From NCBI RefSeq assembly GCF_000027125.1, contig NC_017627.1: a stretch of DNA of 64,000 bases; one strand, 5' to 3'. Positions 29,804 to 39,778 of the stretch are shown piece by piece; position 1 is the stretch's first letter; each line of letters begins with the position of its first letter. The notes below the pieces were generated by a model, which was not told where the DNA came from, made no database searches, and saw only the letters and a program-made list of their open reading frames with translations. The DNA comes from Escherichia coli 042. Its GTDB lineage: Bacteria; Pseudomonadota; Gammaproteobacteria; Enterobacterales; Enterobacteriaceae. The position numbers and the translations under genes are program-made.

Positions 29804-32626
29804 TTATTGCTTGTGCTTATCCTGATACTCCTTTGCTCTTTTCATCAGTTCCTGTGGACTGTCAGCACCAGGCATTCTTTCCTGACCCGATTTTTCTTCA
29901 TTATATTTATTATTCTGAGATAATGCCTCTGTTTTATGGTGATTTTGTAGTTCAGAATACTGTCTTCCTACAATATTTTCTTCGCCACGTATGCTGCTCT
30001 GAGTATCTCCGATATTGCCACGATATTCTGTGACCATATTATCAACCTGATGTTTTACATCATTACGGATATTACTGTCCTGCGTTCTTTGCTCAATAAT
30101 GGCCTGATGTCCCTGATGGTCAGCAATAATATTCTGGCTGCCACCGCCCGAAGGTACGCTCTCCATTCCTTTACCGATGTCCCCACGGGATTCACGCCAG
30201 GCATTATCAACACCAGGCTGTACCTGTTCCTGCACAAAAGACCACGCCATAGCCCGACGGCGTTCTGCAATCTCCGGCGAACTGGTATTTGTCAGAATAG
30301 CTTCTGCATCCTGCGGTGCGCGTTTCATCACATACTGTGCAAACTGTTGCGACAGGTCTTCACTCATCTGCCCGCTCATGCTTTCAGTACGGGAGGCCAT
30401 TTCCGCATATTCATGGCTGCGGGTCATATTCGTCGTGTACTGGTCGTAACTCTGTTTCGCTGAGTTCAGGGCTGCAGACAACTGATCCACACGGGAATCG
30501 GCATTATTGTCCGTATGGCTGCCGGATTCACTGACCTTGCGACTGGTAAAGTAATCGCTGGCCTCTTTAAAGTCTTGTGTAGCCCTGGCATCGATATCAT
30601 GGCGAGCATCATGGCTGGCCCGTGAACCACTGCTGGCCTGATGCGCATCCTCATCACTCCAGTCAATACTTGCCCGACCACCACCTCTAACACCTGCGCC
30701 ACCACCAACACCAAGAATTTTAGGTTTAACCCCCCATTCAGCATGAACATCGCCATACATCCCCGCAGAACCTCTCGTACTTCTTGATGCCAGTTCTCTT
30801 GTTGCCTGCTCATTACTGATATTATGCGCCTTCGCATAGCTTTCCACTGCACTGCGCATACGGCTGGCCATCATGGAGTCCTGTGCACTCATGGTGCTGT
30901 CAGCGCCACCGGTGACAGAATCACTGCTCCCCCGGTTAGAACCAAACTGACTGAGCGAGTTCCAGGCACTGGCAATACTGCTGCTGAAACCATGCAGGGC
31001 ACTTTCTGCTCTGTTCGACGCCTCCCGGGCCATTTCCTGTTGTGCCGCTGCAATCTGACGCGTTGCATTGATACCAACCGGTAACCGGGACATCGCTCCG
31101 CTTGCATCCATCACCATATTACCGTCACGGGTCTGTGTGGCAGTTGCGCCACTGCCGGTCTGGTACATCATCTGACCAAACGACGTGGTGCTGTTGGTGC
31201 TCCAGCTGAAGCCGTTCACGTTTTCCGTCTGCATGTTGCCGTAGGAGTAATTACCGTCAACCACACTGCCTGCTGCACTGGCCGTCGGACTGATAGAGGA
31301 AGAGGCGAAGTGGCTGTACACGCTGGAAAAACCTGCGCCAAGGCCTTTTACCATCATCCATGACAACGGGGGGATCATGGCTGAAAGATACCCGGCAGTA
31401 GAGGCCAGGTCAGAGTATTTCAGCTGTATCTGAGAGAGTTCAGACAGCACGACCGGCGCACCATTCATCTTCGCATAGAATGTCATGGCACTGTTCAGAA
31501 TGGCATACAACAACGGCCAGGTCTGCAGCCACATCAGGGCAAACACATAGCCTTTCAGGACGGACAGTGTCAGTTTGTTGAAGACAGCTGCCAGTACCAG
31601 AAGCGGGAAAATACCAATGGCAATTCCCGTCAGGATAGTCTGTACCATTGGCAGGTTTCGCATTGTCACATGACCGATAGAGACATGCGCCAGACGTTGC
31701 TTCTCCATCGATGACGTGGTGGCCAGATTCACCAGGCTGGCGGTGTCACCATTACGGGCGGCATTACTGGTGATACCCTCTTTCAGGGCATTCATGGTGA
31801 CGTTCTGGCGCATAATCTGGCTGGCAGACTGACTGGAGCCGTAGAAATAACTGTAACTGTCACTGACCAGTTGTCTGAATAACAGGTCCGGGTCCGGTCT
31901 GCCGCCAAATATCTGCTGCACATAATAATGCCAGGTCTTGCCTCCCGTCTTTGTATCGAGATTCAGCCTGTCTTTCAGCGTGACCGACGCATCCTTACAG
32001 GTTATGAAATTATTATTGTTGTCATAAACGCCCCGTAGCGGGCTGGGTCGGGAAAAAATCAGCGTGTAGGGGTCAGCGGAGGCCATCAGATCTTCCAGCG
32101 TGTATTTATGATTCAGGTAAATATCACCCAGCACGCAGTTCTGGACGTAGTCCTGGAACAGATTGATGATTTCCGGATTCCGGGACAGGAAATCGGTGCT
32201 TTTCACAATCAGATTCGCCCCGAACAGCATGCCTGTCTTGCTGTAGGTGACGCTGTCCGGTTGGGTGAATATCATCTCGTAGCTGACCACCATCGCATGC
32301 CCGATACGTGTCGTCAGTGAAAGTGGCATCGCCAGACCGACCGGCACATTATCCACCCGATGGACTTTGACCAGGTCACTGTTATCAATAATCTGCACCG
32401 ATGTGCGGACATTAACCAGCAGGCTGATAAGCACAAACACCGCCACCCAGCCCAGTAAATCCATCACGTTGTGCCGCTGTACCCACATAAAAGCCACAGC
32501 AACAACAGACAGGGTGAGCGCAATTTTTTCAATGGAATCCCAGGTCCGGGTACTCATAAATGCTGCAATGGCATTCAGGTTGTTACGCAACCACTCACCA
32601 CCGGCAATCACATAAACTTCATTCAC
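29804..32626 (-). CDS. traG: mating-pair stabilisation / entry-exclusion partner TraG
   Basis: 940-aa polytopic N-terminus plus large periplasmic domain; position in tra order. Confidence 0.9.
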   Translation of the reverse strand: MNEVYVIAGGEWLRNNLNAIAAFMSTRTWDSIEKIALTLSVVAVAFMWVQRHNVMDLLGWVAVFVLISLLVNVRTSVQIIDNSDLVKVHRVDNVPVGLAMPLSLTTRIGHAMVVSYEMIFTQPDSVTYSKTGMLFGANLIVKSTDFLSRNPEIINLFQDYVQNCVLGDIYLNHKYTLEDLMASADPYTLIFSRPSPLRGVYDNNNNFITCKDASVTLKDRLNLDTKTGGKTWHYYVQQIFGGRPDPDLLFRQLVSDSYSYFYGSSQSASQIMRQNVTMNALKEGITSNAARNGDTASLVNLATTSSMEKQRLAHVSIGHVTMRNLPMVQTILTGIAIGIFPLLVLAAVFNKLTLSVLKGYVFALMWLQTWPLLYAILNSAMTFYAKMNGAPVVLSELSQIQLKYSDLASTAGYLSAMIPPLSWMMVKGLGAGFSSVYSHFASSSISPTASAAGSVVDGNYSYGNMQTENVNGFSWSTNSTTSFGQMMYQTGSGATATQTRDGNMVMDASGAMSRLPVGINATRQIAAAQQEMAREASNRAESALHGFSSSIASAWNSLSQFGSNRGSSDSVTGGADSTMSAQDSMMASRMRSAVESYAKAHNISNEQATRELASRSTRGSAGMYGDVHAEWGVKPKILGVGGGAGVRGGGRASIDWSDEDAHQASSGSRASHDARHDIDARATQDFKEASDYFTSRKVSESGSHTDNNADSRVDQLSAALNSAKQSYDQYTTNMTRSHEYAEMASRTESMSGQMSEDLSQQFAQYVMKRAPQDAEAILTNTSSPEIAERRRAMAWSFVQEQVQPGVDNAWRESRGDIGKGMESVPSGGGSQNIIADHQGHQAIIEQRTQDSNIRNDVKHQVDNMVTEYRGNIGDTQSSIRGEENIVGRQYSELQNHHKTEALSQNNKYNEEKSGQERMPGADSPQELMKRAKEYQDKHKQ

Positions 32627-33996
32627 AGTGAATTCCCTCCGAAGTGATAGTTGTTCTGGTAACGGCTGAGCATACGGGCGGAAAGCTGCTGACGCATGTA
32701 GCTCATCTGACGTTCGACAACCAGCAGCGCATCCTGCTGGACCTGTACCTGACTCTGGAAAATGGCAATCTGTTGCTGTGCCTGATTCAGATTCTCCAGA
32801 ACATTGTCCATCACAGCCTGCGGATAGTTCCCGGTGGCAATCATGGCCCGGGCCTGCTGAAGCAGTTCCTGAATGTACTGGAGCATGATGTCGTAGCCGA
32901 TATAGTCCGTCAGCTGGTAAACGACGCTGTTGGACACACCGAGCATCTGCGGGTCAATCAGATATTTAAAAACGGGAATGGTGGTGCTGGAAATAAACCC
33001 CTGTTCCCGGGCGTCAAGCGGAGTGTCACTCACTGCTTTATTCTGAATACTGGTCAGCAGTTTTGTAATCTGTGACTTCAGGGCTTTATCCCGGGCGATG
33101 GTCACATTTGCATCCGCCACCACCTTCAGACACTTGTCCGAATCGTTGCAGTGGTAAATTTTTGCCGTTCCCCCCTCCATAATCGCCCGGAGGATATCGC
33201 GGTCAGTGGTACTCGCCGGCAGGGGGGTAATCTCGCTGTCTTCCCCAAAAATCAGCGTACCGGTGAGCGTCATGATAAATTCTTTCAACTCTTTGTTGCC
33301 GTCAAACATTCTGTTTTTTTTCAGCGCCTCCCATATGATATTCTGGTTTTTCAGCACCCGCTCCTTGTCCTTGTCGCTGGCTTTGTCACGAACAGATGAG
33401 GACTGCCCTCCGACCGTGCACCCCTGACGAGATGCGGCCCAGTCGGCGAAGATATTGCTTTCACTGCCAATGTCCTGACAAACTTTCTGCTGAGATTCCT
33501 GCGTCTGAGGGAACAGCCCCCCCACAAGCCCCTGTGCCACCTGACAGGAACTGAGGTTCATACTGTTAATGTCACTTGCCATTTTCTGCAGGAAGTCTTT
33601 TGCGGTTTTTATTTCCGGCACCGTTGTCTGCAGGGCAAGGTCAAAAAAGTAACCGGCAGCATTGCTCATAATCTGCTTAACAAAACGCTGCAACTGATCG
33701 CCATTAATAAAACTGAACGAGCCGAGATAGGCGTCGATGCCGCCACATCCGGCATTGATATCCGGCAGCGTCATGGAAATCAGCTGGATATTTTTGACCT
33801 GGGTGCGGGCATACAGGGAGCCACCATAGGCATACCCGGCGGCCTGCCCCTGCCAGACGCCCGCCTGGGTGACATTGGACGCAAATCCCAGCTTATTAAA
33901 GAACTGATTCATGTCGCTGTTCACATCCGCTGACGCTGCGGGTGTGACCGTCAGTAAAACGGCACAAAGAACCAGAAGAGGTTTAATGCGAGGCAT
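32623..33996 (-). CDS. traH: pilus assembly protein TraH
   Basis: 457 aa with signal peptide; position and size. Confidence 0.9.
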   Translation of the reverse strand: MPRIKPLLVLCAVLLTVTPAASADVNSDMNQFFNKLGFASNVTQAGVWQGQAAGYAYGGSLYARTQVKNIQLISMTLPDINAGCGGIDAYLGSFSFINGDQLQRFVKQIMSNAAGYFFDLALQTTVPEIKTAKDFLQKMASDINSMNLSSCQVAQGLVGGLFPQTQESQQKVCQDIGSESNIFADWAASRQGCTVGGQSSSVRDKASDKDKERVLKNQNIIWEALKKNRMFDGNKELKEFIMTLTGTLIFGEDSEITPLPASTTDRDILRAIMEGGTAKIYHCNDSDKCLKVVADANVTIARDKALKSQITKLLTSIQNKAVSDTPLDAREQGFISSTTIPVFKYLIDPQMLGVSNSVVYQLTDYIGYDIMLQYIQELLQQARAMIATGNYPQAVMDNVLENLNQAQQQIAIFQSQVQVQQDALLVVERQMSYMRQQLSARMLSRYQNNYHFGGNSL

Positions 33997-34408
33997 CGTT
34001 ATTCCCCTCCCTGAAACTGTTCTCCCGGCGCATACGGCGTTTCAGCCGGAATATCCTGATCCCCCCGTTTATTAATTCATTCAAAGGGTTCCTGACGTAT
34101 ACGATAAGAAATCCACCTGCAAACGCCCATAACGTATACGGAATGACATACATCAGGATGTTCCACATATAACGAAAATTATTTAATTCCGGGTCAGCTT
34201 TCCACGAATCAATACAGGCATCAAAAATACTGTGCATAATCACCCATAAAAAAGTTCCGGCAGCAACGAACACAAAAAACAGATCAAAATATATATCAGA
34301 AACCCTGCATTCATAATCATAATCCCGTTTAGTTTTTCTGTTTTTTAGTTCCGCATCATTTCTTTTTTCTTTCATTATAAGTTTCCTCTGATATTTCTGA
34401 TGATTCAT
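33983..34408 (-). CDS. trbF: TrbF
   Basis: Small membrane protein between traH and trbJ; true start may be internal. Confidence 0.65.
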   Translation of the reverse strand: MNHQKYQRKLIMKEKRNDAELKNRKTKRDYDYECRVSDIYFDLFFVFVAAGTFLWVIMHSIFDACIDSWKADPELNNFRYMWNILMYVIPYTLWAFAGGFLIVYVRNPLNELINGGIRIFRLKRRMRRENSFREGNNDASH

Positions 34409-34643
34409 TCAGACCGGTCATGCGGCTGTAATATATTTCAGACACCAAAATCCATCCCACAATTGCTCCCACAAAAAACACAACAGAAACAGAAAAGGTA
34501 AGACACAGCGAAACGACAATTTCCACAGGGCTGGCGGGATAAAAAAGCCCCTGACGGATAAAGGGGATATTCAGGCTGACGATTATTCCCGTCGCGACGC
34601 CGGATATTCCGGCAATGAGTAACACCACCTGCTTATTTCGCAC
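34356..34643 (-). CDS. trbJ: TrbJ
   Basis: About 95-aa membrane protein; likely GTG start with SD GAGAGG upstream. Position-based. Confidence 0.55.
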   Translation of the reverse strand: MRNKQVVLLIAGISGVATGIIVSLNIPFIRQGLFYPASPVEIVVSLCLTFSVSVVFFVGAIVGWILVSEIYYSRMTGLNESSEISEETYNERKKK

Positions 34644-35178
34644 CTTTTTCCTCTCCGTACATCTGCAGAACGGTATCCATCCGCGCCATAAAACTGGCGG
34701 CATCCGTTGCCCCCTGCAAAAGCGGTAATGCCTCAAGTGTGTTGACGTTGACCAGGAAGGTGGTCGGTGTGGCCACCGGGATATTCGGGAAGAAGGTCTG
34801 CATCACGTCCGGTGGCACCGGTAATGCTTCCGGAAAGGCAGTATCCCCCTGACCATCCAGGGTGTAGGGAAAAACGGAAAAGCCGTACTGCTGTGCCATC
34901 TGCTTCAGTACCGGGTCAAACTGGTGACAGTAAGGGCAACGCCCCTGCATAAACAGCACCACCTTCCAGTCGGCCAGGTTAACCTGCCTGCCGTTGCTGA
35001 GGCGGAACCAGCGGGGAGCCGGCTTTTCTGTCCGGGCTGATGTGTCTGCTGCCGGTTGTGCAGGCTGCGCGGCCATGCCCTGCGGATTCCAGAGTCGTTC
35101 AATTTCATCCCGGGTGGAGGCCTGCACACCTGTGGCCATCATCAACAAAATGACCGGCAGTAATTTAGTGAGAGACAT
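34633..35178 (-). CDS. trbB: thiol:disulfide isomerase TrbB
   Basis: 181 aa; signal peptide and CPYC thioredoxin motif. Confidence 0.9.
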   Translation of the reverse strand: MSLTKLLPVILLMMATGVQASTRDEIERLWNPQGMAAQPAQPAADTSARTEKPAPRWFRLSNGRQVNLADWKVVLFMQGRCPYCHQFDPVLKQMAQQYGFSVFPYTLDGQGDTAFPEALPVPPDVMQTFFPNIPVATPTTFLVNVNTLEALPLLQGATDAASFMARMDTVLQMYGEEKGAK

Positions 35179-35449
35179 GTCCGCCCTCCTGCTGCCCTTC
35201 CATCATGGCCTGCTGCCTGGCTTCCAGTGCCTCACGCTCTTCCAGGCTGACACGTGCAATCCATGCATCCAGCACCTGGTATGCGCCGAACAGCACAAGG
35301 ATGGCCGCAATCAACTCCGCCAGAAAAAAAGCCATCCAGGGTTTGCTGTAAACAAGACGGGCGACGATATGAAACCAGACACCCAGGGAAAATACCCACA
35401 TACCCGTAATATCAAGCCGGGGTAAAGAGAATCTGCATTTACTTATCAT
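35165..35449 (-). CDS. traQ: pilin chaperone TraQ
   Basis: 94-aa membrane protein; position. Confidence 0.8.
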   Translation of the reverse strand: MISKCRFSLPRLDITGMWVFSLGVWFHIVARLVYSKPWMAFFLAELIAAILVLFGAYQVLDAWIARVSLEEREALEARQQAMMEGQQEGGHVSH

Positions 35450-35575
35450 GTTAAACTCCGGTTATTATTTACATGAGAATATTCATGTCTGTAATATTCG
35501 CGTTTGTGTGATATTAATCAGATCAACCTCATTATTTTGTATGGTTTTTATTACCGTTTTATATGACTTAGCCTG

Positions 35576-35914
35576 TCATAAGCCCCTTATAAAAAACCAC
35601 ATCACTCCGGACCATGCCGATGACAACATAATACAGATAAATATTCTTCTGAACCTGTCGAAGCTCGTAACGTTCGGTAATGAACCAATAACCATTGGAA
35701 CAACCATTGCTGCGCCCTGATTCATAATTGCACCACACAGAAACCAGAGACTGGCGGTAAGCACATATAAACACGCGATATTAATAACAAGGAAAACCAG
35801 TGAACTCAGGAGAAACATTTTCCTGTCATTACGCTCAGAAAAGAAATAACCGGCAATAATGACAAATATTAACAGAACAACACCTGTAAACATTTTCAAA
35901 TAATCTTCACTCAT
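35576..35914 (-). CDS. trbA: TrbA
   Basis: 112-aa polytopic membrane protein between traF and traQ. Confidence 0.65.
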   Translation of the reverse strand: MSEDYLKMFTGVVLLIFVIIAGYFFSERNDRKMFLLSSLVFLVINIACLYVLTASLWFLCGAIMNQGAAMVVPMVIGSLPNVTSFDRFRRIFICIMLSSAWSGVMWFFIRGL

Positions 35915-35929
35915 AAATCAAATCCGCGA

Positions 35930-36706
35930 TTAAAAATTTGGTTTAAAATCTTCAGAAACGTTCAGGAATTGTTTTGCCAGGTCGTCCTGCGAAATAAAGC
36001 CGTATGATAACGGGCGAACACTGCCCTGTTTCGGGTCAACCAGCATCATGGCCGGGAAATATTTCACGCCGAGGCGCTGCGCCTGCCCCTGGTCAGTCCG
36101 GGAATCCGGCAACAGCGGATTAATCACGCCATCCACGGAAACGGGAATAACACTCAGACCATACGTATCCCGGAAGCCATTAATGACCTGCGCCAGCTGC
36201 CCGTCGATGGGGTCCTGCCCCCGGTAAAAAAACATGATGCCGTAGTGTTCAGCCAGTTTCGCAATGGCCTGTCGCTGCTGCGCCTGGTCTGCCGCCAGCT
36301 GGTTCCGTACCGTGCCGTTGTAATGGCTGTACTGCAGGTTATAGTCCAGTTCGGGATGTGCCAGCATGGCCTTTTTAGCACTCATGGTGAAAAGCCCGGC
36401 CTGCTGAGTCCAGTAATTCTGCAGCCGGAAATATTTAACAAAATTATCCACGCCGGGATACAGAATGGCTTCGTACAGCGCCCGCTTTGTTGCCGTCTGC
36501 AGCGCGGCCAGTTTCTGCATAATATCCGGCTCCTGACGGGGGGCTGCAGGTACAGGTTTATTTTCTTTTTCCTTCGGATTTATTTTCTCGTTATACCACT
36601 GCCAGCCTGCATCTTTCCCTGACGCCGGAAAAATAAAGCAGCAGAGTAACAGTGGCAGTAATGCTTTATTCATCTTCATTCCTTTCATCATTTTTTCTTT
36701 CATCAT
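35930..36706 (-). CDS. traF: pilus assembly protein TraF (thioredoxin-like fold)
   Basis: 258 aa; signal peptide; position. Confidence 0.9.
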   Translation of the reverse strand: MMKEKMMKGMKMNKALLPLLLCCFIFPASGKDAGWQWYNEKINPKEKENKPVPAAPRQEPDIMQKLAALQTATKRALYEAILYPGVDNFVKYFRLQNYWTQQAGLFTMSAKKAMLAHPELDYNLQYSHYNGTVRNQLAADQAQQRQAIAKLAEHYGIMFFYRGQDPIDGQLAQVINGFRDTYGLSVIPVSVDGVINPLLPDSRTDQGQAQRLGVKYFPAMMLVDPKQGSVRPLSYGFISQDDLAKQFLNVSEDFKPNF

Positions 36707-36926
36707 CTTTCTGCAGGCCAGTCAGGGCAGAAAAACAAAAATACAGAATAAACAGGAGCACACCGGAGTAAAAAATAACAAAACAAGCAGCAAGCATCTC
36801 ACCTGCAGTGGTTTCTTTTACCGTATCCCACGACCAGATAATTACCGGGGAAATGACAATCGCTGTAATCAAAAGCCGGATAAGAAAATCAATAAAACGG
36901 TTCGACGTGAATATGACTTTCATCAT
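36666..36926 (-). CDS. trbE: TrbE
   Basis: 86-aa membrane protein; position. Confidence 0.7.
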   Translation of the reverse strand: MMKVIFTSNRFIDFLIRLLITAIVISPVIIWSWDTVKETTAGEMLAACFVIFYSGVLLFILYFCFSALTGLQKDDERKNDERNEDE

Positions 36927-36949
36927 TTCCCCCGGTTATTTTCCATACC

Positions 36950-38800
36950 TTACTGTCCTGCCTGTTTCAGCTGGTCAGCAATCTGCTCTTTCACTTTCTG
37001 CGTCAGAACGCCACTGTCCGGGATTTTCTGGTTATTCATCAGGTCTTCGTAGAAGTTAGTGAAATCCAGTCTGTCGAACTGAATTTTCTGCAGCTCATCA
37101 ACCGTAATCCCCCGACAGTCAGGATGCTTCGCACTGCCAAACCCGATACGCAACTGCCCGTTACGCCCCTGCTGCTGAACTATCTGCGCCAGCTTCGAAT
37201 CAAACTGACAGTAGCTGCGTTTTTTCTGCAGACAGACCCCCAGCACCTTTTTCGAACAGAACTCACCCACACTCACCGTCAGTTTATTGTCCTTTGCCTT
37301 TCCCAGCGCCTTTTCTTCACTGTTACACTTCGCCAGCCCCACATCCTGACCCCAGCCGCCATCCTTACAGCAGTTACTGAAGCCGGCTGCGGCCTTACGG
37401 CAGAATTTCGCCTCACCCGTGAAAGCCCTGACATCCACACCATTCAGGGCGGCAACATCCTTACCTGCGGCGGCAAGCGCAGCCAGCTGTGATACTGCTT
37501 CACCAAAATCACTGCTTTTTCCGCTCTGTGCCTTATCGCATTCACCGTCAAGGCAGAAGACATCACCACCACAGACCATCACTTTTCCTGATGTTTTTGA
37601 CTCGCAGGAGTACGTGGCGTACTCATGCAGACAGGTTCCCTCATCGGAATAAAACGCGCACTGACGTGAGGCCAGCGTACAGGCCGGATTATCGACATAT
37701 TTCTGACAGGTGCCGTTATCTGCGGACTGAGTGACATATTTATCCCGGTATGCCCAGCATGCCTGTGTGATGTTCCAGGGTTTACCTTCCATCACTCCGG
37801 TTTTCGTACCACCCGGCTCTGAACACTCAGTGCCTGTCAGCACGCCATCCGCTTTATTAAACGGACAACTCTCCACCCACTCCACCCGGGGAACCCATTC
37901 TTTATCACGGACCTTCATCCTGAGTTTCAGCGTAAAGGTGGAAGCACCACTGACAAGCGATTCATAGACTTTCCTGTCACCATTCCCGTGCGGGAGGCAA
38001 TTACCGTTAGCAGTACAGCCACTACCGGTCAGAACCTGCCCCTGTGTCACCTGCAAACCTGTCGCCCCGGACAGGGGGTAAGTATCCGACTGCCCGTTTG
38101 CCAGGCCGACATTAAAGGTTGTATTCATGAAGGTATAACGGGAGTTCAGGAAGAAAAAAGCGGCGTATACAGACAATGATGCACTTTCCACTGTACCGGT
38201 TACCGGAGCCGTGACACTGAACACCAGTTTCAGACCGTTCATACTGAACCGGAACTGTGAGTGCGGTATCGTCACCTCACGATATTCATCCGTGTATTTC
38301 CAGTCCCCGGTGATACTGGCAGTCCGTGTGCAGTACTCCTCCACCATCGTGTCCCGCTCACAGGTATAGTTTGTGAACTCACTGCGGTTTATCTGCTGCG
38401 CACTGCACTGCTGCCCGGTGTTTCCCACAATGCTGTCAGCCCGGTTCACCACATCCCTGCCGGTCTGAATGAACGGTGCATCCGGTGACAGAATGTCTTT
38501 CGGCTTGTTCATGAAGGACTCTGTGATGGTTTTTCCGGTTTCACCTGTCGCCCATTCCGTGGTGCCGTCATTTTTCAGGCCGCCATCCCCGCCGGCAGTC
38601 ACGCCACCGTAATATTTTGTCTCGTCCGGATTCGCGTTATAGCCGGGGATACTCTCCTGTGGCTTAAAGCTCTGAATACTGCCTGTACCCTGCCCCTGAA
38701 TCTGACGGGCAAAATCAGAACCGGCCCGGTAATCACTGTTGCTGTCAGCCTGTGCCATGCCGGCAACCAGAGCCAGTATCAGAGGTAAAATACGTTTCAT
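36950..38800 (-). CDS. traN: outer-membrane mating-pair stabilisation protein TraN
   Basis: 616 aa; signal peptide; many Cys. Confidence 0.9.
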   Translation of the reverse strand: MKRILPLILALVAGMAQADSNSDYRAGSDFARQIQGQGTGSIQSFKPQESIPGYNANPDETKYYGGVTAGGDGGLKNDGTTEWATGETGKTITESFMNKPKDILSPDAPFIQTGRDVVNRADSIVGNTGQQCSAQQINRSEFTNYTCERDTMVEEYCTRTASITGDWKYTDEYREVTIPHSQFRFSMNGLKLVFSVTAPVTGTVESASLSVYAAFFFLNSRYTFMNTTFNVGLANGQSDTYPLSGATGLQVTQGQVLTGSGCTANGNCLPHGNGDRKVYESLVSGASTFTLKLRMKVRDKEWVPRVEWVESCPFNKADGVLTGTECSEPGGTKTGVMEGKPWNITQACWAYRDKYVTQSADNGTCQKYVDNPACTLASRQCAFYSDEGTCLHEYATYSCESKTSGKVMVCGGDVFCLDGECDKAQSGKSSDFGEAVSQLAALAAAGKDVAALNGVDVRAFTGEAKFCRKAAAGFSNCCKDGGWGQDVGLAKCNSEEKALGKAKDNKLTVSVGEFCSKKVLGVCLQKKRSYCQFDSKLAQIVQQQGRNGQLRIGFGSAKHPDCRGITVDELQKIQFDRLDFTNFYEDLMNNQKIPDSGVLTQKVKEQIADQLKQAGQ

Positions 38801-39447
38801 TTCCCGGAATCTCCTTTCCCTGCCAGTAAATCATGAGCCACCTGCCGGCAGTCACCCGTGGCGGCAACTTTCTCCAGCGCCTGCCTGACGCGCAGATTTC
38901 CCCGGATGATGTCGTGCCCCTGGCTGCAGAACACCACCAGGGCCGGAACGCTGCGAATGCCGTACTGTGAAAACAGCGTCGGGTCGATCTGAACACCATC
39001 AGTTGCGCCGTCTTTCACCAGGGACAACACGGCGTCAGCCGTGGCCTTCAGGTCGTTGTTCACCATGCCCCGCAGCGTGGCGGGAATACCGTAGTGCCGG
39101 GTTTCGCTCAGCATCCTTTTCAGCCCCTCTTCGGGTATGGAAAACGACACAAAATACAGGGCACCCTGCCGGGGTTTCCCGTCCTGCGAAGCCTGCTGTT
39201 TACGAACCAGCTCATCCAGAAAATGGTTATCTGAACGCTGAAGGGGGTTTTCCAGCACCTGTTTCTCCGCCCAGGCTTTCAGCTGATGGTCAGGTTTCTC
39301 TCGCAGTTGTCTGCTTAAATTTTCCTGCTGCTTCAGGAACTGGCGGTTTTCAGTTGTGTTCACATTTTCTGAAGCATGAACAGCAAGATGCATCCCTGCT
39401 GTCAGAGCAAAAAGTGCAAATATTTTCCGGTTCATGATATTTCTCAC
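38797..39447 (-). CDS. trbC: TrbC
   Basis: 216 aa; signal peptide; position. Confidence 0.85.
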   Translation of the reverse strand: MRNIMNRKIFALFALTAGMHLAVHASENVNTTENRQFLKQQENLSRQLREKPDHQLKAWAEKQVLENPLQRSDNHFLDELVRKQQASQDGKPRQGALYFVSFSIPEEGLKRMLSETRHYGIPATLRGMVNNDLKATADAVLSLVKDGATDGVQIDPTLFSQYGIRSVPALVVFCSQGHDIIRGNLRVRQALEKVAATGDCRQVAHDLLAGKGDSGK

Positions 39448-39755
39448 TTTCTGCTATTTACAGGCATGAACTCATCAGAAAAAAGATAATTGAGAAAAAC
39501 AGCCATAAACACACATGTAAATGTCACCTTCAGATATAATCTGACAAGTGTCACTTGTTCTGATATATCTGCCTTCTTCCATTCATGAATAATTTCAGCG
39601 AGAAAACTGTCAGGTGCAAAATAAAATAATATAACGGGCACCATTACAAGACCAAAAGGAAATAAATTTAATGTTCTGCTTATCAGCCTGAGCAGCACAG
39701 CACCTATTTTCCTGAGGTGCTGAATATATTTACTGTCCATTGTTGCCATTTTCAT
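39444..39755 (-). CDS. hypothetical small membrane protein between traU and trbC (103 aa)
   Basis: SD AGAGGAAATG.. before MKMATMDSKYIQ..; two hydrophobic segments; stop overlaps the trbC start. Not in canonical F order as I recall it. Confidence 0.5.
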   Translation of the reverse strand: MKMATMDSKYIQHLRKIGAVLLRLISRTLNLFPFGLVMVPVILFYFAPDSFLAEIIHEWKKADISEQVTLVRLYLKVTFTCVFMAVFLNYLFSDEFMPVNSRK

Positions 39756-39778
39756 TTCCTCTTATTCATTAAAATGAT

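Noticed and set aside
35448-35720. Plus-strand 90-aa ORF antisense between traQ and trbA (an antisense artA-like gene is described in F)
   Set aside because: Composition looks like an AT-rich antisense frame and I cannot support it from sequence alone.
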